Part shown: positions 1 to 9,340 of the stretch, one piece after another
Layout: every line of letters begins with the position of its first letter
How positions within the stretch are numbered: the stretch's first letter is position 1
Source: Phycisphaerales bacterium
GTDB lineage: Bacteria; Planctomycetota; Phycisphaerae; Phycisphaerales; UBA1924
DNA: 64,000 nt
NCBI GenBank assembly: GCA_035628115.1
Contig: DASPKL010000004.1
Span: forward strand, 13,001 to 77,000
Direction: 5' to 3'
Notes under the pieces: generated by a model
The model's input: the letters and a program-made list of their open reading frames with translations, nothing else
Told to the model about the DNA's origin: nothing
Database searches by the model: none
Program-made: the position numbers and the translations under genes

Positions 1-1
1 G

Positions 2-2119
2 CTCAGGAATGAACGCGCCGCTGCTGAAGATGGGCACGCGGTCGAGCGCACGCATCGCGCGGAGCGAGCCGCCGGTCATGAACGCCGCGAGGTGCGTGTG
101 GGCGAGCGGGTCGTCGGGGCCGATGAGCGCAAGCGTCGCGGCGTCGCCGGTCGGCAGCGGCGCATCGAGCATGAACCCCACGTGCCGCGCACGGTGATCT
201 GTTTCGAGGTTGACGGGTCGGTCGGCGATGGTGCGGACGTGCTCCGTATCCCACTTCCCGTAGAAGACCACGTTGCGGTTGATGATGTCGCGGTTGGTAA
301 GTGATGTGTCCGTCACGATCTCCGCGTACCCATTGCCGCGGTACCACCATTGCTCCGCGTCGAACCGCGCCTTCGCGAGCGCCCACGCGTTCTCCTGCGG
401 CGTCCCCACCGTGCCGCACACCAGCAGGAACTCACGGTCGAAGACGCGCTTGAAGCTGCCCGCCGGCATCGCCCGGTGCGCCAGCGCCGGGTCCGGCTTG
501 CGCTCCGCCGCGTGCTCCGGCAGTGCGTGAGCGCGGAACATCTCGAAGATCGGCGGCCAATCGACGCACGCGGCCCCGGGCCGGTCGTCGTCCCACCAGT
601 GCCCCGCGCCCGGCTGCGTGTGCATCTCGTACGGAATGCCCAGCTCGGAGAGCTTCTCCGCGGCACGCTCCGCCTCCGCCGCGGGGACGTTGTCGTCGGC
701 GTCCCCGTGCAGGATGTATACCGCCCTGCCGCGCAGGTTCTCGAGGCGCGTGTCGGTCAGGCTGCTCGGGTGGAGCCCCTTGCGGATCGCCGCGGCACGC
801 TCCGCCGTCGCGCCACCCGACTGCGCGTACGAGTCGAAGCTCAGCCAGCCGGCGCTCGGCGCGATCGCGGCGAAGCGCTCCGGGAAGAGCGTGCCGAGCT
901 GCCACGTCCCGTGGCCTCCCATGCTGTGCCCGGTGAGGTACTGCCGGCGCGGGTCCGTCCCGAAGGCGTGCTCCGCGTCCTCCATCACCTCGAACGCGTC
1001 GAGCCGCCCCCAATCCTCCCAGTCAAAGCCGAAGGGGCGGCGGTTCGTCGGGCAGACGATCACGAAGTCCGGCTTCGCGCTGTACGACCGCGCCTGGTTG
1101 ATCGCCTCGACGCTCGCGCCGTGCAGGCTGAGCACGAGGCCCGGCGGCGCCGCTGCGCCCGGCGCCGGCGGCACGACGGCGTAATACTGCACGCTCCCGT
1201 CGATCTCGCTCACGAACGTGCGCTTGTGTGTTTGGCTCGGCGCAACGCACGCGAGCTTGAACGTGATCTCGGTCAGCGCCGGCGCGGCCTCTGGTTGCGC
1301 CGGGTTGCGGAGCGCCGCGCGCACCTCGACGGCGCCGCCCTCCGCGTACGCGGTGTCGCACCGCAGCGGCAGTTTCGTGACCGAGAGTGGCGGCAGCCTG
1401 AAGACCTTGCTCGTGACGGGCTCGGACGCTTCGTGCATGACGCTCTCCGTGCTCGTCCGCGTCGTCGTGACGACCCGCACCTCCTGCCACGTCTTCGTCG
1501 CGTTCATCACCGGCAGCCCGAGCGCATAGACGTCCGACTTGATCACGTCGGGCGCGGTGATGTCGCGGTCGTTGAACTCGAGCCACGGCTGCGTGCCGGC
1601 GTCGTCCCGTCCGCGCAGCACGGCGCGGACCGGTCCCCGCCCCGCCGACGCGAAGAGAAACGTGTTCTCCCCTTCGCGCAGCAGGACGGGGAGCTGGACA
1701 TACCCGGCTCCGTACGGATCACCCACGCGCGGCTCGCCGTTCACATACACCATCGCGTGGCCCGACGCGTCGAGCACCATCACGCGCTCGCGGTCGCTGC
1801 GCACGGTCGTCAGGATGTATCTGCCGCCGGGGACGTCGAAGCGATGCTGGCCGTCCGCCTCTGTCGCCGCGATCACTTCCCACGCGGGCGACGACTCGTC
1901 GCCGGGGATCAGCCGGTCGCCCGCGCTCGGCACAGGCGCACCGGGCCAGGCCAGCTCGCCATCGACCACGCGCTGAACAACAAGGTCGGTGTTCACCGCT
2001 CGGCGGCCCCATTCGCCCCGCGATTCGACGACGAGTCCCTCGGTGAACGCGAGCGGCTGCGGTTCCGCGGGGAGCTGCAACTGCGTGAAGACGGCGCACG
2101 CGACGGCCATGATGAGCAT
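2..2119 (-). CDS. secreted alpha/beta-hydrolase (esterase / S9-like peptidase fold); the 3' end runs off the left edge of the window
   Basis: Own translation of the minus strand in the frame with low coordinate = 2 mod 3. ATG at 2117-2119 gives MLIMAVACAVF... (signal-peptide-like). The nucleophile elbow GHSMGG is encoded at 911-928. VYILHGDADDNVP is encoded near 690-730. The track lists no minus-strand ORF in this frame between 1 and 2170, consistent with one ORF lacking a stop inside the window. Confidence 0.7.
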   Translation of the reverse strand, partial: MLIMAVACAVFTQLQLPAEPQPLAFTEGLVVESRGEWGRRAVNTDLVVQRVVDGELAWPGAPVPSAGDRLIPGDESSPAWEVIAATEADGQHRFDVPGGRYILTTVRSDRERVMVLDASGHAMVYVNGEPRVGDPYGAGYVQLPVLLREGENTFLFASAGRGPVRAVLRGRDDAGTQPWLEFNDRDITAPDVIKSDVYALGLPVMNATKTWQEVRVVTTTRTSTESVMHEASEPVTSKVFRLPPLSVTKLPLRCDTAYAEGGAVEVRAALRNPAQPEAAPALTEITFKLACVAPSQTHKRTFVSEIDGSVQYYAVVPPAPGAAAPPGLVLSLHGASVEAINQARSYSAKPDFVIVCPTNRRPFGFDWEDWGRLDAFEVMEDAEHAFGTDPRRQYLTGHSMGGHGTWQLGTLFPERFAAIAPSAGWLSFDSYAQSGGATAERAAAIRKGLHPSSLTDTRLENLRGRAVYILHGDADDNVPAAEAERAAEKLSELGIPYEMHTQPGAGHWWDDDRPGAACVDWPPIFEMFRAHALPEHAAERKPDPALAHRAMPAGSFKRVFDREFLLVCGTVGTPQENAWALAKARFDAEQWWYRGNGYAEIVTDTSLTNRDIINRNVVFYGKWDTEHVRTIADRPVNLETDHRARHVGFMLDAPLPTGDAATLALIGPDDPLAHTHLAAFMTGGSLRAMRALDRVPIFSSGAFIPE

Positions 2120-2170
2120 CGCGCAGGTTACGGGCTGCCGGTCACCGCCGCGCCGACGCGGGTCGGCCGA

Positions 2171-3253
2171 TCAACTCCATTGCATCGCGCGCAAGACGAA
2201 GTCGAGTTTCATCGCCTTCTTCGCCGCGGCGAGTGTTTCCTCGGCGACGGCGTTGGCCCTCCGCACGCCCTCGCGGACGACGGAGACGACCATCTCCTCG
2301 CCGCCGGGCTTGCCGGGCTGGGGCGGCTCCTCGAGGCGGGCGCGGCGCTCGCGCATCGGCGCGAGGAGCGCGTTGATCGCGGCACCGACCTCGGCCTTGA
2401 CGTGCCCGTCCATGACTTCCTTGCCGCCCGCGTAGTCGGCCTTGATCTGCTCGGCCCGATCGCGGGGCAGGAAGACGTCGATGTACTGCGCCAGCGGGTT
2501 GTCGTCCGCGAGCGGGCTCGTCGGCGTCGCGCGGCCGGTCACGATCTTGTTGATTTTCTTCTGCACGTCCTTCTCGGAGTCGTAGAGAAAGATCGCGTTC
2601 CCGAGGGACTTGGACATCTTGTTCTTGCCGTCGATTCCCACGAGGCGGCCGACGCGCCCGACCTTCGCCCGCGGGACGGGGAAGACGCCGCCGGCCTTCT
2701 CGTGTTCTTCGGCGGGCACGCGGTTGCCGACGCCGCAATAAAGCTGGTTGAACTTGAGCGCCACGTCGCGGCACATTTCGATGTGCGCCTCCTGGTCCTC
2801 GCCGACGGGCACGAGCTGCGGCCGGAAGGCGAGGATGTCCGCGCACTGGCCGACGGCGTACATCGGGAAGCCGAAGGGGTAGGTGTCGCCGAGGCCCTTG
2901 CTCTCGATCTCGGTCTTGAGCGTCGGGTTGCGCATCACCTTGTTGAACGGGATGAGCATCGCGAAAAGGAACGTGAGCTCGGCGATCGCCGGAATCTCCG
3001 ACTGAAGCACGAAGGTGCTCCGCTGCGGGTCGAGGCCCACCGCGAGCCAGTCCTTGACGATGCCGATCGTGTTGGCGCGGATGTCCGCGGGCTTCTCCGC
3101 GAGCGTGGTGAAGGCGTGGACGTTGGCGATGAGGAAGTAGCAGTTGTACTCGTCCTGCAGGCGCAGGCGGTTCTCGAGGCTGCCCACGTAGTGGCCCAGG
3201 TGGAGGCCCGTGTGCGTGGGCGTGTCGCCGGTGAGGATGCGTGGCTTGGTCAT
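2171..3253 (-). CDS. trpS: tryptophan--tRNA ligase
   Basis: 360-aa ORF. N-terminal class I HIGH-type signature (TGLHLGHYVG) and KMSKS loop (NKMSKSLGN). Length and overall pattern are typical of bacterial TrpRS. Confidence 0.9.
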   Translation of the reverse strand: MTKPRILTGDTPTHTGLHLGHYVGSLENRLRLQDEYNCYFLIANVHAFTTLAEKPADIRANTIGIVKDWLAVGLDPQRSTFVLQSEIPAIAELTFLFAMLIPFNKVMRNPTLKTEIESKGLGDTYPFGFPMYAVGQCADILAFRPQLVPVGEDQEAHIEMCRDVALKFNQLYCGVGNRVPAEEHEKAGGVFPVPRAKVGRVGRLVGIDGKNKMSKSLGNAIFLYDSEKDVQKKINKIVTGRATPTSPLADDNPLAQYIDVFLPRDRAEQIKADYAGGKEVMDGHVKAEVGAAINALLAPMRERRARLEEPPQPGKPGGEEMVVSVVREGVRRANAVAEETLAAAKKAMKLDFVLRAMQWS

Positions 3254-3277
3254 CGCGGGGCGAGCGTATGAGGTGTC

Positions 3278-5119
3278 CTAATCGGGGAGCGTCCGTCCGT
3301 CCGATGCGAAAATGCACGCGCCGAGCGCGGGCACGTCGTGCGACGTGTGAGACCGAAGCTCCGGTGCGTTGAGCATCGGCGCGGCGTCGAACGGCGAATC
3401 GCCGCGGTTGATGACGACGAGGGCCTTGGCACCCTCGTGCTCGCGGAGGAACGCGAAGACGTCATCACTGCCGCTATCGAGGTGACGCACCGTCCCGAGC
3501 CGCAGACACGCGCCGATCTCCGGGTCCTGACGCAGACGAAGCCACGCGCGATAGAAGTTGCGATTGCCGGCGACGGGCATGTCGTCGGCATTCTGCGGCG
3601 CGCCCGCGTCGGGCCACGGGAGGGGCTTGCGGCACGTCGGGTCGTCCGCGCCCCACATGCCGTACTCGTCGCCGTAGTAGACCATGGGGCTGCCGAGGTA
3701 CGTGGCCTGGATCGCCAGCGCGAGGCGGGCGAGCGCGTAGGCGCGTTCGCCGGGCTTCCCAGGCTTGTACGGCACATACGAAGGGTCGCGCGGGCGCGGC
3801 TTGTCCGCGCCGTCCTGCACGGCGCGGTCGCGGTCATATCCGCGGCCGGGGTTTTCGAACATATTGACAAGACGGTCGGTGTCGTGGCTCGCGAGCAGGT
3901 TCTGCTTGATGAGGTTCGCGTTGTGCTCGCCCGCGAAGACGTGTGCGAGGCGATCCGCGAGTTGATCGCTCGTGACGGGCTTGCCCTTCTCGTCCGCGTT
4001 CGAAAGCCACTCGAGCACCGGGTACGCGAACGGATAGTTCATCTGCGTGTCGAACGCGCCCTCACGGATCATCTCGCCCGCGTCGCCCCAAATCTCCGCG
4101 ATGCAGATCGACTCCGGGTTGATTTCTTTCACGAGCGATCGCCAGTCACGCCAAAACTCCGAGCCGACTTCCCCCGCGACGTCGAGCCGCCACCCGTCGA
4201 TGCCGTCCGCAGGGTCGCCGTCGCCGTCGGGGTCCATCCAGCGGCGCGTGACGTTGAAGATGTGCTCGCGCACGCCGGCGTTGAGGTCGCCCCGTTCAAC
4301 CGTCGTCTGCGAGTCGGGCCCGTTGCCGCCCTTCACCTGGCGGAACTCGGGCAACTCACCGTTCTTCCGGCCGGGCCAGCCCGTCCAACCGGTGAGACGG
4401 CCGAGCCCGTCGAACTGGCACTGGAACCAGGGCGCGTAGCGGCTTTCCTGTCCGTTGCGGACGACGTCCTGGAAGGCCCAGAACTGGCGGCCGGTGTGGT
4501 TCCAGACGCCGTCGATCACGACGCGCAGGCCGCGGCGTTTGCACGCGGGCAGGAACACATCGACGAAGTAGCGGTCCGCGGGCGTCCACGTCCACGTCGC
4601 GGGGTCGTCGGTCTCACCCGCGATCGGCTCGTACGTGCCGTCGGCCTCGGGCACGGGGCTCCCCGGCGGCGCGCCAAGCCACGCGTCGATGTGGCGAAAG
4701 TCGGCCGCATCGTACTTGTGCAGCGTCATCGCGTGGAAGATCGGGTTCAAGTAAATCGCGGTGACGCCGAGGTCAGCGAGCTCGTCGAGCTTCTGCTCGA
4801 GGCCTTGCAGGTCGCCGCCGTAGCGGCGGTCCCAGATCACGTTGTAGAGGGGGCCGGCGTGGTGGGGCTTGAACGCCGCGGGGTCGATGCCGCGGCGTTG
4901 CTGCGCCGCCTCGAGTTCGCCGGGTTGCACCGCATACCAGTCGGCGTTCCATGGCGCGAGGAAGACGGCGGGGCCCTTCGGGTCATTCTTCGGGTTGCCG
5001 TTGCGGAAGCGCTCGGGGAAGACCTGGTACCAGACAGCGCCGCGTGCCCACTCGGGCGCGTCGCCGGCGGGGGCGGGCGATGCGCAAACGAGAGCCGCTG
5101 CAAGGGGAAGGGCGGGCAT
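3278..5119 (-). CDS. glycoside hydrolase family 13 (alpha-amylase / neopullulanase-like), secreted
   Basis: 613-aa ORF with the GH13 conserved regions: GVTAIYLNPIF, VVIDGVWNHTG, GWRLDVAGEV, IAEIWGD, LLASHDTDR. The N-terminus MPALPLAAALVCASPAPA looks like a signal peptide. Confidence 0.88.
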   Translation of the reverse strand: MPALPLAAALVCASPAPAGDAPEWARGAVWYQVFPERFRNGNPKNDPKGPAVFLAPWNADWYAVQPGELEAAQQRRGIDPAAFKPHHAGPLYNVIWDRRYGGDLQGLEQKLDELADLGVTAIYLNPIFHAMTLHKYDAADFRHIDAWLGAPPGSPVPEADGTYEPIAGETDDPATWTWTPADRYFVDVFLPACKRRGLRVVIDGVWNHTGRQFWAFQDVVRNGQESRYAPWFQCQFDGLGRLTGWTGWPGRKNGELPEFRQVKGGNGPDSQTTVERGDLNAGVREHIFNVTRRWMDPDGDGDPADGIDGWRLDVAGEVGSEFWRDWRSLVKEINPESICIAEIWGDAGEMIREGAFDTQMNYPFAYPVLEWLSNADEKGKPVTSDQLADRLAHVFAGEHNANLIKQNLLASHDTDRLVNMFENPGRGYDRDRAVQDGADKPRPRDPSYVPYKPGKPGERAYALARLALAIQATYLGSPMVYYGDEYGMWGADDPTCRKPLPWPDAGAPQNADDMPVAGNRNFYRAWLRLRQDPEIGACLRLGTVRHLDSGSDDVFAFLREHEGAKALVVINRGDSPFDAAPMLNAPELRSHTSHDVPALGACIFASDGRTLPD

Positions 5120-5191
5120 GGAGAAGATTAGTGCATAGTGGGTGGTGCGTAGGAAGAAAGAGACGGAGAGACGAAGAGACAGAGTGAAGCC

Positions 5192-5247
5192 CCCTCACCG
5201 GTCGCCTGCGGCGACCACCTCTCCCCGATGATGCGGGGCGAGGGAGG
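5192..5247. repeat. REP-like palindromic element, family B (CCCTCACCGG..CCGGTGAGGG type), full copy
   Basis: CCCTCACCGGTCGCCTGCGGCGACCACCTCTCCCC followed by GATGATGCGGGGCGAGGGAGG. Inverted-orientation copies are at 36501-36559 (full) and 34517-34555 (core only). The internal GTCGCC/GGCGAC arms can form a hairpin. Confidence 0.75.
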
Positions 5248-5318
5248 TACATCGGAACCTCCGCGGCCTTCGCGTTCGCTCCACTCTTCCGACGCACCAC
5301 GCGCAACGCACCTTTTCC

Positions 5319-6323
5319 TCAGTGCGGCACCTGCGGCAGCAGCCGCTCGATGTGCTCGAGCGCGGAGTGGAGGTACTTGGGGTTTCCCTCGCGCTCGATG
5401 AGCGCCGGTGCGCACGCGGCCATCAGGACGCGCCGGACGTTCGCGAGCTCGGCGTAGTTGTCGGTCACGGGCAGGCCGCGCTCGCGGCGCAGACGCGCGA
5501 GGATGGAGACAGGCTTGGCCCGCGCGAGCCAGTCCTCGTGGCCCCAGTACTGGCGTTCCAGGTAGAGCGCGTCCTCGATCCAGTGGCCCGGGTGCACGAG
5601 GGCGAGGTCGATGAGGACGCAGCGGGCGCCGTCGCCTTCGCCGCGGCGGAGGACGTTTCCGGGATGGAGGTCGCCGTGGCACCAGGTGTTGATCGGGCGG
5701 TGCTCCCACCGCCCGATGAGCGCGGGGAGGGCCCGGTGGACCTTGCGGAGCGCCTCGCTCCAGCGCGGGTACTCGGCGACGTTGTGATCGCGGCAGGCCG
5801 CGCGGCCCTTGTCGACGAGCTTCTCGAAGTCGGGGGCGCGGGGGCGCTCGCCCAGCGGCGTGCCCGCCGCGGCGGTGTGGAAGGCGAGGAGCCGTTCCAT
5901 CAGCTCCTCGACCATCGCGGGCGTCAGGTGGTGCGGGAAGTGGTCGCCGGCGAGGCGCTCGCAGACGACCCAGCGGGCGGGGTAGGGGCCGAGCGCGTCG
6001 CCGTGGCGGAGGACGCGCGGGCAGACGCATGCACGGGAGCGATCGGAGTGCCAATCGTCTTCGTCGGCGGCGCCGAGCGCGGTCGTCCAGACGTACTCGG
6101 TCGCGTCGAGGGGGAGTTTCACGACGACGCCGATGCGCGTATCACCGAGCAGCCACGTCGAGAAGCCCGTCGCGCTGCCGCCCCGCTGCCACGCGGCGTG
6201 GAACCACTCGATGGGCCCAAGGCGGCCGTCGCAGGCGTCGTGGAGGAGCGGGTCGAGTGCGTGCGCCAGTCCGTTGGCGTCGGCGAAGGGGAGTTGTCCG
6301 GGCGCGCTACCGCCGGGGGACAT
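5319..6323 (-). CDS. phosphotransferase-family (APH/choline-kinase-like) protein kinase fold
   Basis: 334-aa ORF with a catalytic-loop-like WCHGDLHPGNVL and a downstream VLIDLALV segment. Substrate unknown. Confidence 0.7.
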   Translation of the reverse strand: MSPGGSAPGQLPFADANGLAHALDPLLHDACDGRLGPIEWFHAAWQRGGSATGFSTWLLGDTRIGVVVKLPLDATEYVWTTALGAADEDDWHSDRSRACVCPRVLRHGDALGPYPARWVVCERLAGDHFPHHLTPAMVEELMERLLAFHTAAAGTPLGERPRAPDFEKLVDKGRAACRDHNVAEYPRWSEALRKVHRALPALIGRWEHRPINTWCHGDLHPGNVLRRGEGDGARCVLIDLALVHPGHWIEDALYLERQYWGHEDWLARAKPVSILARLRRERGLPVTDNYAELANVRRVLMAACAPALIEREGNPKYLHSALEHIERLLPQVPH

Positions 6324-6437
6324 GCGGGAGCGTAGGAGAGAGCACGTCCGGCAGGATCGAGAACATCAAAACAGCAAAGCTCAAAGCAGCACAGAGGAGG
6401 AGCAAGCACGCCCGGAACGGGAAGCGGCGGCACGGTA

Positions 6438-6902
6438 TCAAGCCGCGGGATTCGACGAGAGCGGGTCCGGTGTCGCCGAGCGTCCGAGACTTCTCGCAAC
6501 GCGACCGGTCGCCGCACCGCACACGATGCAGATGATCGCGACCGAAACGATGATGAGTGAGCTTCGAAATCGGAGCTCACGGAAAGCCATGCTCTCGCGA
6601 ACGCTTAGTTGCATCCGCACGCGGTCGGCCCACTCCTCCCGTGTATATCGAACCCCGGTTCGCTCTCCTTCAGGACCGGTCGGCGCCATGGCTTCGCTCC
6701 ACGGCTCGGCGCCGATCGCCAGTGCGGCACGATCCGGATCGATCGCGCCGTGGCGCCAAAGCGTTGAGATCGTCCCGGTCCTTGTCGCCGGGAACGAGAT
6801 ACCAAACGTACCGACCCAGAGAAGTACAATGCCCATCGAAACGAGCGCGACCGCGACGAGACGCAGCACTGTTTGTTGGCCTCGCACGTCCTGCACCTCC
6901 AC
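6438..6902 (-). CDS. hypothetical membrane protein (two predicted TM segments)
   Basis: 154-aa ORF with hydrophobic stretches LRLVAVALVSMGIVLLWVGTF and SLIIVSVAIICIVCGAA. It lies in a locally lower-GC patch. No recognisable family. Confidence 0.4.
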   Translation of the reverse strand: MEVQDVRGQQTVLRLVAVALVSMGIVLLWVGTFGISFPATRTGTISTLWRHGAIDPDRAALAIGAEPWSEAMAPTGPEGERTGVRYTREEWADRVRMQLSVRESMAFRELRFRSSLIIVSVAIICIVCGAATGRVARSLGRSATPDPLSSNPAA

Positions 6903-6908
6903 GCTTTT

Positions 6909-7778
6909 CTACTGATTCTCTCGGCTGTCCGGTGGACCTTCGTTGAGAAGGTGGTCCAATTCAATCCACTGCTCCACCGTCAGCGTCTCGGCGCGGGCGG
7001 TGGGGGAGACGCCAGTAGGGAGCGGGGTGTCGCGGCCGAGGACGCTGCCGAGCTGTTTGCGCCGCTGCGCGAAGACGCGCTGAGCGGTGTCGAGAAGGCG
7101 GCGCGGGTGCCGCGTGCGCGGCTGCGCGAGGCGCACGAGCGAGACCATGGCGCTGGTGACGTCCGGCGGCGGCCAGAAGCATCCGGGCGGGAGCTTGGCG
7201 ATGAGGCGTGATTCGCACGTCGCCCGCGCGAGGACGCTCAGGGGCCCGTAGTCGCGCGTGCCGGGGTGGGCGAGGATGCGGTCGGCGACTTCCTTCTGGA
7301 CCGTGACGTGCAGCGAGCGGCAGGCGGGCCAGTCCGCGAGCAGGATCATCATCAGCGGCGTCCCGGCGCCGTAGGGAAGGTTCGCGACGAGCGAGAACGA
7401 GCCGCCGCGGGCTTGGGCGGAGCGGACGATCTCCGCCGCGAGAGCGGGCGCGATGGCGTTCTTGCCATCGAGGCAGTCGCCCTCGACGAGCGAGAAGCTC
7501 GGGTTCGCGGCGTGGCGCTCGCGCAGCAGCTCGGCGAGACCGCGGTCCATCTCCGCCGCGACGACGCGGCATCCGCGCTCGAGTAGCTCCTCCGTGAGCG
7601 TGCCGGTGCCGGGGCCGACTTCGAGGACGACATCGCCGGGGCCGACGGCCGAGGCCTCGACGAGCTTGCGGATGAGGTTGTGGTCGATCAGGAAGTTCTG
7701 CCCGAGCGACTTGCGGGGCGACAGGCCGCGGGAGGCGAGAAGTTCGCGGATTTGCGTGAGCGTCTGCACGGCTTTCAC
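6909..7778 (-). CDS. rsmA: 16S rRNA (adenine1518/1519-N6)-dimethyltransferase
   Basis: C-terminal 289 aa of the 565-aa track ORF: GQNFLID, the SAM motif VLEVGPGTGTLT, and NLPY. GTG start at 7776-7778 overlaps the TGA (7775-7777) of the upstream HAD gene. The longer N-terminal extension overlaps that gene and is rejected. Confidence 0.88.
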   Translation of the reverse strand: MKAVQTLTQIRELLASRGLSPRKSLGQNFLIDHNLIRKLVEASAVGPGDVVLEVGPGTGTLTEELLERGCRVVAAEMDRGLAELLRERHAANPSFSLVEGDCLDGKNAIAPALAAEIVRSAQARGGSFSLVANLPYGAGTPLMMILLADWPACRSLHVTVQKEVADRILAHPGTRDYGPLSVLARATCESRLIAKLPPGCFWPPPDVTSAMVSLVRLAQPRTRHPRRLLDTAQRVFAQRRKQLGSVLGRDTPLPTGVSPTARAETLTVEQWIELDHLLNEGPPDSRENQ

Positions 7779-8803
7779 CACTCGCCCGAGAGGACGCGTT
7801 CGACGGCGTAGGCGACGCCGTCCTCTTCGTTGGTCGGCGCGTGGCGCTCTGCGGCGTCCTTGAGCGCGGGGATGGCGTTGCCCATCGCGATCCCCAGCCC
7901 CGCGCCCTTGATCATCGAGAGGTCGTTGATCTGGTCGCCGATCGCTGCGATGCGCTCGGGGGCGATGTCCCACGCCGCGGCGAGGTGTGTGATGCCCGCC
8001 CACTTGGTGGCGCGGGCGTCGAAGAGCTCGAGGACGCGCATGGGGTCGTGCGTTCCCGTGCCGCAAGCATCGTCGGGCGCGACGACGGCGGGGAAGTCGT
8101 GGACGACGCCGTGGGCGCCAGCGGACGCGGCGAGGGCCGCGGTGAGGGATGAGAGCTTGCTCGCGGGCGCGCACGCGCCGACGCGGACGGTGTGCTCCGG
8201 GTGCTCGTCGTGGTCCAGGTGCACCGCCTCGCGCACGCGCACGTTCATCGCGCCGAACCACCAGCGGGTGACGGGGTCGAGCTCGACGTTGTGCTCGCCC
8301 CGCACGACGAGGTAGTCGAAGCCGGCCTCGGAGGGGTCCTTCAGCACGAGGGCGGCGTGCCGCTGCGCGAGGAGAGTGTCCACCGCGCCGCGGACGAGCG
8401 TGTGCGCCATCGAGAACCGGTGGACCGTGCGGCCGCTCTCCGGCTGAGCGATGATCGAGCCCCCGGCGACCACGACCGGGTCCTGCTGCCGAATCGCCGC
8501 CAGGATGTGCTTGCACTCGACCCAGCCGCGGCCGGTGCAGACGACGACGCGGAGGCCCTCTTCTCTCGCGCGGGCAAGGGCCTCGACGTTGGCCCGCGAG
8601 ACGCAACCGTCGCGTCGCAGGAGCGTGCCGTCGAGATCGACGGCGAGGATGTCGTAGCGGCGGGGCAAGGACAGAAGGGTACGTGGTGCGTAGTGCGTAG
8701 TGCCTAGGAAGAAAAGAATGAACGCGGTGGCCGCGGAGGAACGCGGAGTGCAGAAGAGAGGGTCGCGACGGACGTGAACAGGGACCGGCTTATGACCCGC
8801 CAC
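7775..8803 (-). CDS. Cof-type HAD-IIB family hydrolase
   Basis: HAD motif I DILAVDLDGTLL and C-terminal GDQINDLSMIKGAGLGIAMGNA. The start is uncertain. The maximal ORF starts at GTG 8803, but a repeat motif occupies 8683-8718, so a TTG at 8668 (MPRRYDILAVD...) is a plausible true start. Confidence 0.8.
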   Translation of the reverse strand: MAGHKPVPVHVRRDPLFCTPRSSAATAFILFFLGTTHYAPRTLLSLPRRYDILAVDLDGTLLRRDGCVSRANVEALARAREEGLRVVVCTGRGWVECKHILAAIRQQDPVVVAGGSIIAQPESGRTVHRFSMAHTLVRGAVDTLLAQRHAALVLKDPSEAGFDYLVVRGEHNVELDPVTRWWFGAMNVRVREAVHLDHDEHPEHTVRVGACAPASKLSSLTAALAASAGAHGVVHDFPAVVAPDDACGTGTHDPMRVLELFDARATKWAGITHLAAAWDIAPERIAAIGDQINDLSMIKGAGLGIAMGNAIPALKDAAERHAPTNEEDGVAYAVERVLSGEW

Positions 8804-9116
8804 GAGGCTGGAGCCAGCGGAACGGATTGGAGAACGTGAGCCACACTAAGAAGAAGACTGGACAGAACACCGCGATGGCGGCGACGAAGAGGATGCTTGC
8901 ACCACCGACAGCGAGCACGTCACGCGGCGGGCACCACGGCGAGTTCCGCAAATATGCGATCGCGAAAAGCTCGGAGAGCCAGTGGAATCGCCAGATGAGT
9001 CCGAGCACGCCGAGCGGGATCGCGGCGACGCCGTAGAGGATGTAAAAGACGCGAGCCGCCGGGTTGCGCGTGAGCGTGAGGATTGCGGCCGCGGCGAGAA
9101 AGCCGGCCGAGGGCAT
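8790..9116 (-). CDS. small hydrophobic membrane protein, unknown function
   Basis: ATG at 9114-9116 gives 108 aa (MPSAGFLAAAAILTL...IPLGVLGLIW...ILFVAAIAVFCPVFFLVWL) with 3-4 hydrophobic segments. The upstream part of the 204-aa track ORF is Arg-rich and not protein-like. Confidence 0.45.
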   Translation of the reverse strand: MPSAGFLAAAAILTLTRNPAARVFYILYGVAAIPLGVLGLIWRFHWLSELFAIAYLRNSPWCPPRDVLAVGGASILFVAAIAVFCPVFFLVWLTFSNPFRWLQPRGGS

Positions 9117-9340
9117 CGAGAGCAGGCCGATGAGTCGACCGGTGGGGTCCACACCAAGGGCGGGAACAGCATCTGCGTCACCCCGCTCTCGACGCGGCCG
9201 TCGAAGACATCGAAGGTGCATCGAAAGAACCCGAGGCACGCGAGGAGTAGGCAGGTGATGCCGAGGACGTCCGGCCATAGCGGCCGAGATCGAAGGAACC
9301 CAGCGTCTGCGGAAGCGGAAGGCGTCGGAACGACGTCGGA

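Noticed and set aside
350-3271. 973-aa plus-strand ORF spanning the first 3 kb
   Set aside because: It has Arg/Ala/Val/Glu-rich low-complexity composition and no motifs. It lies antisense to two well-supported minus-strand genes (the hydrolase with GHSMGG, and trpS). This is a typical high-GC shadow ORF.
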